Positions 29,369 through 39,544 of a stretch of DNA of 64,000 nucleotides are shown here, one piece after another. The notes beneath the pieces are model-generated. The model had not been told where the DNA came from, ran no database searches, and worked only from the letters and a program-made list of their open reading frames with translations. The DNA comes from Candidatus Enterousia sp. (GTDB lineage Bacteria > Pseudomonadota > Alphaproteobacteria > Rs-D84): assembly GCA_045114635.1 (NCBI GenBank), contig JBGUKY010000021.1, positions 6,100 through 70,099 on the forward strand. The letters run 5' to 3'. Positions within the stretch are counted from its first letter, which is position 1; the number at the start of each line of letters is the position of its first letter. Made by a program: the position numbers and the translations under genes.

Positions 29369-30232
29369 TTACAATCCCATTTTTTCTTTCATTTCTATTA
29401 AAACAGGTGTTTTTATACCCAATTTTTCAGCCCTGTGAATAAGACCGCGCAATGCAAATATACCCTCTACAGTGCCAGTATATTGTTCCCCACGTGCGAT
29501 TGCTTCGCCCGCTGAAAAATTACGACTTGTTGGCGATGTTGCAGAAAGAAACAAATCACCCACACCACAAAGACCATGAAATGTTCCGCAATTTGCGCCC
29601 ATTTCGACAGCAATATCAACAATTTCATCCCAAGCCCGTGTAAATATAAGCGCACGTTCGTTTTCACCACCTGATTTTATTGTTAAATATCCAGATATCA
29701 AAGATTCTGCGTTTTTACCAACACCACAAATTTGTGCACCAATAAAATCATCACTATCTTGTAAATACAGCGCAGATAAAGCAATATGACCACCTGCCCT
29801 TACTCGTTCATTTCCAGCAATAGTTGACCCAGTTGGAACACCGGTTGCAACTTCACGTGCAAATTGTGGACCAGACAACACACCAAAATCTTTACATTCT
29901 GGAATTTCTGTATTCAAGATTTCAGACATGAATTCACCAGTTTCGCCTTCCATACCCTTTGTACAGATTAAAACCGGTTGATTATTGTAAACAGCGCGCA
30001 TTTTTTTTACTGTTTCACGAAAAAAAGCCGCTGGAGTAACAACAAGCCAATATTCACAATCTTTTAAATCTGCCATCTCTGCAGTTCTGGTGACACGTTC
30101 TGGTTTTGGTAAATCAGCCAAACCATCAAATAATCCCATGTAAGCCCAATGAATAACTTCATTACCAGATTTAGCACAAGTATAAGCCAGCGCAGTGCCC
30201 CATGCACCTGCCCCAAACACACCTATTTTCAT
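29369..30232 (-). CDS. gpsA: NAD(P)H-dependent glycerol-3-phosphate dehydrogenase.
   Basis: GAGAWGTALA Rossmann motif; GpsA family similarity throughout; 287 aa. Confidence 0.85.
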   Translation of the reverse strand: MKIGVFGAGAWGTALAYTCAKSGNEVIHWAYMGLFDGLADLPKPERVTRTAEMADLKDCEYWLVVTPAAFFRETVKKMRAVYNNQPVLICTKGMEGETGEFMSEILNTEIPECKDFGVLSGPQFAREVATGVPTGSTIAGNERVRAGGHIALSALYLQDSDDFIGAQICGVGKNAESLISGYLTIKSGGENERALIFTRAWDEIVDIAVEMGANCGTFHGLCGVGDLFLSATSPTSRNFSAGEAIARGEQYTGTVEGIFALRGLIHRAEKLGIKTPVLIEMKEKMGL

Positions 30233-31845
30233 TTTAATTTCCTTATCTTTTTCTGAACAAAAGGCACAACTATCAAACCATCATCTGATAAATCTAGCGC
30301 ATGATTATATGCCTTGATTGCACGGTCCGTATCGCCTTGCTTATCGTAAAAATCCCCAAGATGTTCGTAAATAGAAGAAGTCGGAGTCATTGCACCAACA
30401 CGTTCCAATATATCGAGAGCGTTTTCTACACCCTCTTTTTTCTCTACAATGACACTCAATAAATCCCAAGCAGTTGTATCAGATGTATTCATTTTAATCA
30501 AAGCCATTGTATATTTATACGCTTCATCAAGATTTTTATCTTGCAAAGCCCATACACGTGCCTGTAATAACACGGTATCAAGACCAACACCGCCTATTTT
30601 CTCTTTAATAGCATCCAAATCGTTTTGGGCACGTTCAGCATCATTAAACATAATGTAAACATACGCACGCTGTTTAAGGAAATACACTTCCCCTTCGATT
30701 GGCAAATCTTTTTGTCTAAGAGCACGATTTATAACAGCCAAAGCATGCGACTTATCGCCATTTTTTATGCTATTTCTTCCAACAATTTGAACAGCTGGCA
30801 CAAACCATGGATTTTTATGTGCAATTTTTTCTATCTCTTTAATATCATTTGCTTTTTCAGCAATTTTTAACTGTCCAAACAAATACAACGGGGTTGATTT
30901 TGAAATTTTATTAAAACTAGTTTTATAATCTCCTGCATTGTAATAATAATATTGTCCAAGATAATAATTTATTGCATCCATATTCGTCCCATCACCAATA
31001 ATTTCTGCGAAACGTAAAAACATCAAAGACAAATCTGTATAAAGCATTATCTGGGCGTGAGATACAGTTTGAACCAAACTAAAAACCAAATTATTTTTAT
31101 AGCCTTCAAAATTAGACCAATCTGGAATATCGGTATAATTCAGCATGTACATTCCACCGACTTTTGCCAGAAAATCGTCACGCAAAATTTCCATATCTTC
31201 ATTCATACCGTTATGTTTATAAAACGACATCAAATAAAGATAATCATTAACGTTCATAAATTCAGGATGAACATTCGCGAATTCTTTTGTCGCAGTATCA
31301 ATGTCGTTATTAAGTACTGCAATTTGCCCACGAATAAAAGATTTCCAATTTGTATCAACTTTTAACGAATCTATGAATTTTGCAGTATCTTTCGGATTTT
31401 TTGTTTTTGACCCAGAAAAAATACGAATTGGCGCCGCCAAAATTGAAGTATCTTTATTATGCCTTTTATATACCGCTTTCCAATCATCTTTTTGAATCAA
31501 ATACGCATCATAAATCAATCTTTCTACAACATCTTTGGAATCTTTGAAAGATTCTGCATTTTGCGGCATTTTACCACCAAAGAATTCTGTTAAATTTTTG
31601 ATTTGAATTATGTTTTTGTTATCCGCTTTGACTTCGCTTATCATCTTTGAAGCGTTTTCAAAATCGTTTATGTAAAGTGCGTGCTGTGCCGCCAAAAAAG
31701 ACCCAAAATCAGTATCAAAAACAGCACCGCCCTGCTCTTGATTTTGAACACTCATAGTCGCTATTTTTTGCCCTAACAAACAAGAGCAAAAAACAACTAC
31801 CGCAATAAAAAACGGCACAGTATAAAAACTTTTAATTTCTTTCAT
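30229..31845 (-). CDS. Membrane-anchored tetratricopeptide-repeat protein.
   Basis: N-terminal TM helix (FYTVPFFIAVVVFCSCLL) and multiple TPR-like helical repeats. Start moved to MKEIKS (31845) so it no longer overlaps divergent rsmG. Confidence 0.5.
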   Translation of the reverse strand: MKEIKSFYTVPFFIAVVVFCSCLLGQKIATMSVQNQEQGGAVFDTDFGSFLAAQHALYINDFENASKMISEVKADNKNIIQIKNLTEFFGGKMPQNAESFKDSKDVVERLIYDAYLIQKDDWKAVYKRHNKDTSILAAPIRIFSGSKTKNPKDTAKFIDSLKVDTNWKSFIRGQIAVLNNDIDTATKEFANVHPEFMNVNDYLYLMSFYKHNGMNEDMEILRDDFLAKVGGMYMLNYTDIPDWSNFEGYKNNLVFSLVQTVSHAQIMLYTDLSLMFLRFAEIIGDGTNMDAINYYLGQYYYYNAGDYKTSFNKISKSTPLYLFGQLKIAEKANDIKEIEKIAHKNPWFVPAVQIVGRNSIKNGDKSHALAVINRALRQKDLPIEGEVYFLKQRAYVYIMFNDAERAQNDLDAIKEKIGGVGLDTVLLQARVWALQDKNLDEAYKYTMALIKMNTSDTTAWDLLSVIVEKKEGVENALDILERVGAMTPTSSIYEHLGDFYDKQGDTDRAIKAYNHALDLSDDGLIVVPFVQKKIRKLK

Positions 31846-31870
31846 AATAAAATATGTTAGAATAAATCTT

Positions 31871-32431
31871 ATGAAAATAGAAGAAAAATTTATTAGATAC
31901 GAAGAATCGCTCAAAGAATGGTCAACAAAAATGAACCTTGTTGCCCCAAGCACTTTGAACGACATTCAAACACGCCACATCAAAGACAGCGCGCAACTAG
32001 CAAAGTTTTTACCAAAAAACACAAATATTATCGATTTGGGCAGCGGCGCCGGATTTCCTGGCGTTGTATTGGCTATTTTAGGTTGGAACGTGACCTGTAT
32101 CGAATCAATCAGTAAAAAAACACGTTTTTTACAAGCATTGAAACAAGAACTAGATTTACCAAACCTTACCATTATCAATGATAGAATCGAAAATTATCTT
32201 TCAAAAACACCGGTAAATACCGGCGATTTTGTATTCACCGCACGTGCTTTTGCCCCTTTGATTAAAATTTTAGATTACACACAAAAAACAAATTGCCGGC
32301 TTTTTCTGTTAAAAGGCCGGGAAATAGAATCAGAAATAACAATCGCAAAAACAAAATATAAATTCGATTACAAATTACATAAATCTGAAACAGGCGACGG
32401 CTTTATAATATGTATAAACAATGTAAAATAA
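31871..32431 (+). CDS. rsmG: 16S rRNA m7G527 methyltransferase RsmG (GidB).
   Basis: DLGSGAGFPGVVLAI SAM motif; N-terminus ...RHIKDS; 186 aa. Confidence 0.85.
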   Translation: MKIEEKFIRYEESLKEWSTKMNLVAPSTLNDIQTRHIKDSAQLAKFLPKNTNIIDLGSGAGFPGVVLAILGWNVTCIESISKKTRFLQALKQELDLPNLTIINDRIENYLSKTPVNTGDFVFTARAFAPLIKILDYTQKTNCRLFLLKGREIESEITIAKTKYKFDYKLHKSETGDGFIICINNVK

Positions 32432-32542
32432 CGGATTTATTTCACATGAAACAACAAATAACTTATTGATTAAAGTCGTTTTTAATATTTATATTGACTA
32501 TTTTTTTACTATTTTATATGCTGTTTTCAAATATAAGGAAAG

Positions 32543-33322
32543 TTGAAGATGGCGAAAATAATATCGTTTGCAAATCAAAAAGGCGGTGTTGGCAAAACAA
32601 CAACCGCTATTAATATCGCAGCATCACTCGCTGCAATAAAAAAACGTGTTTTATTAATAGACCTTGATTCCCAAGGGAACGCCGGAACAGGTCTCGGTTT
32701 TGTTCGCGCATCGCACAAACAAAGCGTGTACGGTGTGCTTATGGGCACTGCAAGCGTTGCTGAAAACATTCTTACCACCGCTGTTCCAAACATGCACTTG
32801 CTTCCAGCCTCTGCAAAATTAGCGGGCGCTGAACTAGATATGCTTGATCTAGAAAATCGCGAATACCGACTTCGCGATGCATTAAAAACGATACAAAATA
32901 ATTATGATTATATTTTAATTGATTGCCCGCCAAATTTGGGAATGTTGACAATAAATGCTTTGTCTGCATCAGATTATGTAATCATACCACTTCAGTGTGA
33001 ATTTTTCGCACTCGAAGGTGTTCAACATTTGCTTTCTACGATTAAAGCCATACAACAAAAATGGAATCCAAATCTTGATATTTTAGGCATGGTTTTAACC
33101 ATGTACGACAAAAAACTTGGGCTTACACGCGCTGTCGAAGAAGATGTTCGCAACACTTTTGGCAACAAAGTTTTCAAAACTGTTGTTCCGCGTAACGTAC
33201 GTGTTTCCGAAGCGCCGAGTCATGGCAAACCTGCCCTATTTTATGATTTCAAATCTACTGGGGCCCAAGCCTATTTACGTGTTGCAACCGAAGTTGTAAA
33301 CGCACTTGAACAAAGGGATTGA
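32543..33322 (+). CDS. parA: Chromosome partitioning ATPase ParA.
   Basis: Deviant Walker A KGGVGKTTT; 259 aa. Confidence 0.9.
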   Translation: MKMAKIISFANQKGGVGKTTTAINIAASLAAIKKRVLLIDLDSQGNAGTGLGFVRASHKQSVYGVLMGTASVAENILTTAVPNMHLLPASAKLAGAELDMLDLENREYRLRDALKTIQNNYDYILIDCPPNLGMLTINALSASDYVIIPLQCEFFALEGVQHLLSTIKAIQQKWNPNLDILGMVLTMYDKKLGLTRAVEEDVRNTFGNKVFKTVVPRNVRVSEAPSHGKPALFYDFKSTGAQAYLRVATEVVNALEQRD

Positions 33323-34197
33323 ATATGTCAAAGTTTTTAGGAAAATCACTTGCACAATTAAACGAAGAAATGGGACAAATACCAGACATCTCGGTGTTGA
33401 CAGGATCAGAACGTGTTGTTGTAAAACCAATACCTTTGGTTCAAATAAGTCCTAATCCAGACCAGCCAAGAAAAATATTTAATGAACAAGAATTAAATGA
33501 TCTGGCCGAATCAATAAAAGAAAAGGGCGTATTGGTTCCTATTATTTTACGCAGTGTCCAAAACAAACCTTATCTTTATGAAATTGTTGCTGGCGAACGC
33601 AGATACCGTGCAGCACAAAGGGCAGGGCTTAGTGAAATCCCAGCCATAGTAAAAACTTTGACCGATGAAAATGCAATGGAAATCGCATTGATTGAAAACA
33701 TTCAACGCGAAAACCTTAACCCAATCGAAGAAGCCGAAGGTTATAAAAACCTTATGGAAAAATGTCACTATTCATTGGAAGAAGTATCAAAACTGATCGG
33801 AAAATCTGTTAGTTATATAAGGAATCTTATGCGAATCGATTCTTTACCAGAATCAGTTAAACAATTAATTATCGATGGAAAAATATCGGCATCACACGCA
33901 CGCACAATTGCGGTGTCAGAAAACCCAGAACAATTGGCACACGACATTATAAACAATAACATGTCCGTCGCCGAAACACAGAAGAAAGTTAAAAATTCGA
34001 ATCGGTCTAAAAACAGTCGTAATATTGTAAAATCTGGACTGGATGCGCAATATATAGCAAAAATCGAATTAAAACTTTCAAAACATCTGGAAACATCTGT
34101 AAAATTACGCGAAAAACGTGGCGGAGCGGGGCAATTTGTTATTTCATTTGACAATCGTATTCAAATGGAAGATTTGATCAATAAATTATCAAAATAA
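33319..34197 (+). CDS. parB: Chromosome partitioning protein ParB.
   Basis: ParB box GERRYRAA plus an HTH region; overlaps the parA stop. Confidence 0.9.
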   Translation: MNMSKFLGKSLAQLNEEMGQIPDISVLTGSERVVVKPIPLVQISPNPDQPRKIFNEQELNDLAESIKEKGVLVPIILRSVQNKPYLYEIVAGERRYRAAQRAGLSEIPAIVKTLTDENAMEIALIENIQRENLNPIEEAEGYKNLMEKCHYSLEEVSKLIGKSVSYIRNLMRIDSLPESVKQLIIDGKISASHARTIAVSENPEQLAHDIINNNMSVAETQKKVKNSNRSKNSRNIVKSGLDAQYIAKIELKLSKHLETSVKLREKRGGAGQFVISFDNRIQMEDLINKLSK

Positions 34198-34198
34198 A

Positions 34199-34228
34199 AA
34201 TACCGGCATTCGCCGGTGTTTTTTTTAT
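34199..34228. terminator. Bidirectional intrinsic terminator after parB.
   Basis: ACCGGCATTCGCCGGT hairpin with an A-run and a T8-run. Confidence 0.6.
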
Positions 34229-34818
34229 TTAAATTCATATATAAATAATTTATGTGGATATTTTTTATTGTTGTATCTTGTATAACCACGCCCAGCATCT
34301 ATTATACGCACAGGTTTTATGTTATCTAATTTAAAATCTAAACATATTAACACATTGAACCGTCTTTTATATTTTTTCAAATTTTGAACATGTACTGGGC
34401 CAAGATATGCAATTCCTATATCAAAAACATTGTTGGTTTTATCGAGATATTTATACGCATCGCACCATATTGTTTTAGTTTTTCCAAAATAAAACAAATC
34501 CATAACAGTTGAAAAGAAAGCAGAAAAAGCCATATTTTCAAGTGCCAAAACCTTTGTGTTTGTATGTCGTTGAATATATCGCGCTAAATTACCATAACCA
34601 GACCCGATATCGCACACTGTTTTGGCATTTTTATAATATGTGTTTATTTGTTCAATAATTTTTTGGCGTGTTTTTTTAGGGGTATCAACATTAGGTGGTT
34701 GATTCATAATGCACGCACAGTAAAAATACTCTATGAATTTGATAGCAAGATACAATTCAAAACAAACTATTAAACCGATAAAAATGTAAAAGATTACAAA
34801 CATATGCGCACTTCCCAT
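34225..34818 (-). CDS. Membrane-anchored class I SAM-dependent methyltransferase-like protein.
   Basis: N-terminal TM helix; motif I VCDIGSGYGNLARYI; 197 aa. Confidence 0.4.
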   Translation of the reverse strand: MGSAHMFVIFYIFIGLIVCFELYLAIKFIEYFYCACIMNQPPNVDTPKKTRQKIIEQINTYYKNAKTVCDIGSGYGNLARYIQRHTNTKVLALENMAFSAFFSTVMDLFYFGKTKTIWCDAYKYLDKTNNVFDIGIAYLGPVHVQNLKKYKRRFNVLICLDFKLDNIKPVRIIDAGRGYTRYNNKKYPHKLFIYEFK

Positions 34819-34863
34819 TATATTTATTATATCACAAATATTAGTGGTTATTAAATATAAAAG

Positions 34864-34886
34864 AACACCGGCAATCGCCGGTGTTC
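34864..34886 (-). terminator. Intrinsic terminator after pal.
   Basis: CACCGGCAATCGCCGGTG hairpin. Confidence 0.45.
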
Positions 34887-34905
34887 TTGAATAACAAAAG
34901 CTAAA

Positions 34906-35322
34906 TTATTTAACTGTTGTTGTTGCGTTACGATTGTATTTCCAAACGTCTTCGCCAGAACCTTTAACCAATGGGCGTTCTTTACCGTAAGAGATTGTAG
35001 AAATACGGGAAGCAGCTATACCGTCTTTAACCAAAACTGCTTTTGCAGCGTTTGCACGGCGTGCACCCAAAGCCAAGTTGTATTCTGTAGAGCCACGTTC
35101 ATCGCAATTACCAGCGATCTGGATTTTTGTGTCTTCGTGGTTTTTCATATACAAAGCTTGACCCAACAAGTTGTCGTGTGCTTCGTCAGAAATTTCTGCT
35201 GAATTAAACGCAAAGAAAACGCGTTGATTGTTCAAGTCAGAAGGTTCAACAATACCGGATCCACCGCAAGCGGCCAACAATCCAGCAACACCAGCTAATA
35301 AAGCAAAATTTAATATTTTCAT
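34906..35322 (-). CDS. pal: Peptidoglycan-associated lipoprotein (OmpA family).
   Basis: Lipobox LAAC; OmpA-like domain (NCDERGSTEYNLALGARRANA); 138 aa. Confidence 0.75.
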   Translation of the reverse strand: MKILNFALLAGVAGLLAACGGSGIVEPSDLNNQRVFFAFNSAEISDEAHDNLLGQALYMKNHEDTKIQIAGNCDERGSTEYNLALGARRANAAKAVLVKDGIAASRISTISYGKERPLVKGSGEDVWKYNRNATTTVK

Positions 35323-35397
35323 GAAAATACTCCCTTGAGTTTTTGTTGCTCAGTGTATATTCTATATCAAGGAATACGAAAAAGCAAGGAATAAAAG

Positions 35398-36141
35398 ATG
35401 GGAAACAAAGCTTTACAAGATTTGAATATGGCTGGTGTACGTTGGGAAATATCAGAAGATCCAATAAAACAAGAAGCAAAAAAAGAACCAGTACAACAAA
35501 CACTTCTTTCAACAAAAGAAGGCTCAAAGCCAATTATTATACCTGCCGCAGCGCCCATCACACTTGAAACAGTAAATTCTATGGTAAACCGTCCCAATGA
35601 CATCGATTCGCTTTTACGTATGATTGCAGAATTCAATCATCCTCTTCGTAACGGTGCAACAAATGTGGTTATGCCAAATATCGCAACTAACCCAAACGGA
35701 CTTTTAATAATTACAGACTTGCCAAGTTCCGATGATGACTTATCTGGCACAATACTGTCTGGACCAGCAGGTGAATTAACCGACAAAATGCTTTCTGCGA
35801 TTAATATGTCGCGCGAAAACGTTTCTATTATTCCTTTACTGTTCTGGCGCACGCCTGGCGGTCGCACTCCAAGTCGCGAAGAACTAGATTTATCAACACC
35901 TTTTGTGCAAAAAATGATATCCATGTTATCGCCACGCGTGATAATAACACTTGGAACTTTAAGCACCACTGAAGTCGCAAAAACCAATTTGACTGACAAA
36001 CATGGCGCAGAAATAACTACAGATCAAGGATATACAATTGTGCCAATGTATCATCCTAATTATTTAATTTTGAAACCAAGTGCAAAAAAAGATGTTTGGG
36101 ATGCACTTCAAAATATTCAAAAATTGTTGAAAAACCCTTAA
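35398..36141 (+). CDS. Uracil-DNA glycosylase superfamily (family-4-like) protein without Fe-S cysteines.
   Basis: UDG-fold motifs (...GPAGELTDKML..., ...MYHPNYLI...); ~90 aa N-terminal extension; no Cys residues at all. Confidence 0.4.
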   Translation: MGNKALQDLNMAGVRWEISEDPIKQEAKKEPVQQTLLSTKEGSKPIIIPAAAPITLETVNSMVNRPNDIDSLLRMIAEFNHPLRNGATNVVMPNIATNPNGLLIITDLPSSDDDLSGTILSGPAGELTDKMLSAINMSRENVSIIPLLFWRTPGGRTPSREELDLSTPFVQKMISMLSPRVIITLGTLSTTEVAKTNLTDKHGAEITTDQGYTIVPMYHPNYLILKPSAKKDVWDALQNIQKLLKNP

Positions 36142-36196
36142 AAATGTTTAATAATTTGCGCATAAGTTAAAAAGGAGCACAACTATTAAACCTAAT

Positions 36197-36733
36197 ATGA
36201 ATAACGGCAAGGCTCGCGATATGGGCCCACGTATGAACGAAAAAATATTTACAAAATCTGTTCAAGTAATAAGCCAAGATGGACAAAATCTGGGCACCAT
36301 GGAAACACAAGACGCTTTAAACATGGCGTATGATATGGGTCTTGATTTGGTTGAAATAAATGCCAATTCTACACCTGTATTGGTAAAAATTATGGATTAT
36401 GGCAAATACAAATACGAACAGAAAAAACGTGCTAATGAAGCCCGCAAAAAACAAAAAACAATCGAATTAAAAGAAGTTTGGGTAAAACCTTTCATCGAAG
36501 AAAACGATTTGAATATCAAACTTAAAAAAGTTTTTGAATTCTTGGGCGAAGGCAATAAAGTAAAAATTGCTGTTATGACCAAAGGAAACAAAAAAGTTTT
36601 GGCACGCGGTCGTGATGCTGTTCAACAATTGTTCGAACACATTATTGAATTGATTGGTGACAAGGGAACACTTGAATCAAAATCAAAACCAGACGATCGA
36701 ACAAAATCAATAATTATTGCGCCTGCAAAATAA
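36197..36733 (+). CDS. infC: Translation initiation factor IF-3.
   Basis: ...LVEINANSTPVLVKIMDYGKYKYE... matches the IF3 N- and C-domains; 178 aa. Confidence 0.9.
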   Translation: MNNGKARDMGPRMNEKIFTKSVQVISQDGQNLGTMETQDALNMAYDMGLDLVEINANSTPVLVKIMDYGKYKYEQKKRANEARKKQKTIELKEVWVKPFIEENDLNIKLKKVFEFLGEGNKVKIAVMTKGNKKVLARGRDAVQQLFEHIIELIGDKGTLESKSKPDDRTKSIIIAPAK

Positions 36734-36734
36734 T

Positions 36735-36760
36735 TACCGCCCAAACGGGCGGTTTTTTAT
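36735..36760 (+). terminator. Intrinsic terminator after infC.
   Basis: CCGCCCAAACGGGCGG followed by a T6-run. Confidence 0.6.
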
Positions 36761-36834
36761 ATAAATATCTCTGTATTATTTGTTGCAAATCATACTTTTA
36801 TGGGGTATCTTAATCAAAAACAAAAGGACATAAA

Positions 36835-37038
36835 ATGGATGCGCAAAAACTTTCTTTTGAAGAAGCATATAAACAATTAACAGAACTTGTTCAAAAAATG
36901 GAAAGCGGCGAAATGCCATTGGCTGATTCTGTTGCAGCATATGAACAAGGAATCAAATTAAAAGCATATTGCGAACAATTACTAAAAGAAGCCGAATTAA
37001 AAATCGAAACATTGAAAGTGACCAATACTGGTGAATAA
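36835..37038 (+). CDS. xseB: Exodeoxyribonuclease VII small subunit.
   Basis: 67 aa; LSFEEAYKQLTELVQKMESGEMPLADSVAAYEQG fits the XseB family. Confidence 0.8.
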   Translation: MDAQKLSFEEAYKQLTELVQKMESGEMPLADSVAAYEQGIKLKAYCEQLLKEAELKIETLKVTNTGE

Positions 37039-39541
37039 TATGGCCGAAAAGAATAAACTTTCCCCAGTGATGCAACAATACGTTGATATGAAATCTGAAA
37101 ATCCAGATGCATTATTGATGTTTCGCTTGGGCGATTTTTACGAGGCTTTTTTTGAAGATGCTAAAACAGTAAGTGAAACTTTATCACTTGTTTTGACACA
37201 TCGTGGTACGGACGGATTTGGTGTTGATGTCCCAATGTGTGGTATTCCATGGCATGCATCAGATAATTATTTTGGAAGATTGGTAAAGGCTGGATTCAAA
37301 GTCGCACTTGTTGAACAAATGGAAACGCCACAACAGGCAAAACAACGTGGACACAAATACATTGAAAGAAAGGTTGTACGCGTTTTAACACCTGGAACAT
37401 TGACTGATGAAAATCTGCTTACACCAAAAAAATCTAATTTTTTGATATCCATTGTTCCACTGGAAAATGCACGATTTGATTTGGCAGGTTGCGATATATC
37501 CACTGGTGAATTTTTTATTGGCGAAACAGATTGTATTATCGATGATATGATTCGCATAAATCCTGCAGAAATAATTTATCCAGAAAAAGATGCAGAAAAA
37601 CAGATAATAAAAAATCTTCGTGAAATATATAAAACGACCCCTGTTTATGAAAAACTTTATTTACGTTCTGATATCAATTTAATTGTATCACATGTATTTG
37701 GTGGAAATGTTAAATCAGATAATAACGAAAATATTTCTGCAATAAGATTATTGGCTGGATATTTATTTAACACACAAAGGGGTGCCAATATATCTTTCCG
37801 CGCACCATACAGTTTTAAGTCTGGTCGTCAATTATTGATTGATTCATCAACTTGGAAAAGTTTGGAAATAGATGCACCTATAAACGATGGTGGCACATGT
37901 TTATTAGACGTAATTGATCAAACAAAAACAGCATCAGGTGCACGTAAATTGCGTTCTTATTTACGAACTTTACCTGGTGATAAAGACACTATTATCCAAC
38001 GCCAAGAACATATCGGACATTTATTAACCAATCATTCTTTAATGGCAGAAATTGCATCTGTGTTAACACGCACACCTGATGTTAATCGCGCACTTTCAAG
38101 ATTGTTGTCTGGTCGCGGAACACCACGTGATTTGAAAAATGTTTCTGAATTTTTATCGATTTTGGATACCATAAAAAATGTCGGCAAAAAACTTGATGTT
38201 ATATTGTCTGAAAAGTTTGCCTCAATAGACACACACGATGGTTTGGCAAATGAATTGATATTGGCGCTCAATGATGAATTACCAACATTTTTCCGTGATG
38301 GCAATGTGATTAAGAAAGGTTTTAATCCATCACTTGATAAAATGCGTTCTCTTTCAAATGGTGCAATGGAAACAATTGCAGGCTTACAGGCACAATATAT
38401 AAACGAAACAAATATAAATACACTTAAAATAAAATATAACAATATACTTGGGTATTTTATAGAGGTTCCATCCGCCCGCGCTGATGTTTTAATGGCACCA
38501 GAATCAGGATTTATACATCGTCAAACAATGGCTGGAAACATGCGTTTCACGACACCAGCTTTGATTGATTTGGATAACGATGTACGAAGTGCCTCTGAAA
38601 AAGCCGCAGCCATAGAAGCAGATATAATAAATGAATTTATCGAAAAGATACGCGCGGTATCAAATGATTTGATGAATACTGTTGATTTGGTTGCCGATGT
38701 TGATGTTTGGCTTTCACTTGCAAATGTTGCTGATATTTATTCTTGGGTTCGTCCGACAATAACACAAAACAATGAATTTGAAATTGTTGGTGGTCGCCTT
38801 CCTGTAATTGAATACGTTTTACGCAAAACAGGTGATAATTTTGTTAAAAACGATTGTAATTTGAATACAAAACCTATTGCATTATTGACTGGTCCAAATA
38901 TGGCTGGTAAATCAACATATTTGCGTCAAAACGCCATATTGGTTGTATTGTCACATTTGGGATCCTTTGTTCCGGCAGCATCGGCAAAGATAGGTATTTG
39001 CGATCAATTATTCAGTCGTGTTGGTGCTTCTGATAATTTAGCAGCGGGTCAATCTACATTTATGGTAGAAATGGTTGAAACATCAAACATATTAAATCGC
39101 GCAACAGATAAATCTTTCATTATATTTGATGAAATAGGGCGCGGCACATCAACTTTTGACGGTATGGCTATTGCCCAGGCTGTACTTGAATACCTTAACG
39201 AATTGGGTGCACGCACACTTTTCGCAACGCATTATCATGAACTAACGAAATTAGTAGGGGATGAAAATCTTAACAATGTAACATGTCTTACAATTGATGT
39301 TCGCGAGCACAATAACGATATAATATTCTTACATAAAATAATTGATGGGGTTGCAAATCGCTCTTATGGTATTGCGGTTGCCAAAATGGCTGGTATGCCA
39401 GAAAGAATTGTTAAACGCGCTGAATCTGTTTTGGAAAATCTTGAATCAGATACTCCAAATACAAACAAGCAAATAAAACCTTCTGTTAAACCAATTGTAG
39501 AAGAAGAAAAACCAAAATCACAATTATCACTTTTTGGATAA
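37031..39541 (+). CDS. mutS: DNA mismatch repair protein MutS.
   Basis: Walker A GPNMAGKST; mismatch-binding N-domain with GDFYE; 836 aa. Confidence 0.95.
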   Translation: MNNMAEKNKLSPVMQQYVDMKSENPDALLMFRLGDFYEAFFEDAKTVSETLSLVLTHRGTDGFGVDVPMCGIPWHASDNYFGRLVKAGFKVALVEQMETPQQAKQRGHKYIERKVVRVLTPGTLTDENLLTPKKSNFLISIVPLENARFDLAGCDISTGEFFIGETDCIIDDMIRINPAEIIYPEKDAEKQIIKNLREIYKTTPVYEKLYLRSDINLIVSHVFGGNVKSDNNENISAIRLLAGYLFNTQRGANISFRAPYSFKSGRQLLIDSSTWKSLEIDAPINDGGTCLLDVIDQTKTASGARKLRSYLRTLPGDKDTIIQRQEHIGHLLTNHSLMAEIASVLTRTPDVNRALSRLLSGRGTPRDLKNVSEFLSILDTIKNVGKKLDVILSEKFASIDTHDGLANELILALNDELPTFFRDGNVIKKGFNPSLDKMRSLSNGAMETIAGLQAQYINETNINTLKIKYNNILGYFIEVPSARADVLMAPESGFIHRQTMAGNMRFTTPALIDLDNDVRSASEKAAAIEADIINEFIEKIRAVSNDLMNTVDLVADVDVWLSLANVADIYSWVRPTITQNNEFEIVGGRLPVIEYVLRKTGDNFVKNDCNLNTKPIALLTGPNMAGKSTYLRQNAILVVLSHLGSFVPAASAKIGICDQLFSRVGASDNLAAGQSTFMVEMVETSNILNRATDKSFIIFDEIGRGTSTFDGMAIAQAVLEYLNELGARTLFATHYHELTKLVGDENLNNVTCLTIDVREHNNDIIFLHKIIDGVANRSYGIAVAKMAGMPERIVKRAESVLENLESDTPNTNKQIKPSVKPIVEEEKPKSQLSLFG

Positions 39542-39544
39542 ACA

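Noticed and set aside
31845-31965. The track start of the TPR gene at 31965 overlaps the rsmG 5' end by ~95 bp on the opposite strand.
   Set aside because: An internal Met (MKEIKSFYTV..., position 31845) precedes the TM helix and removes the overlap.
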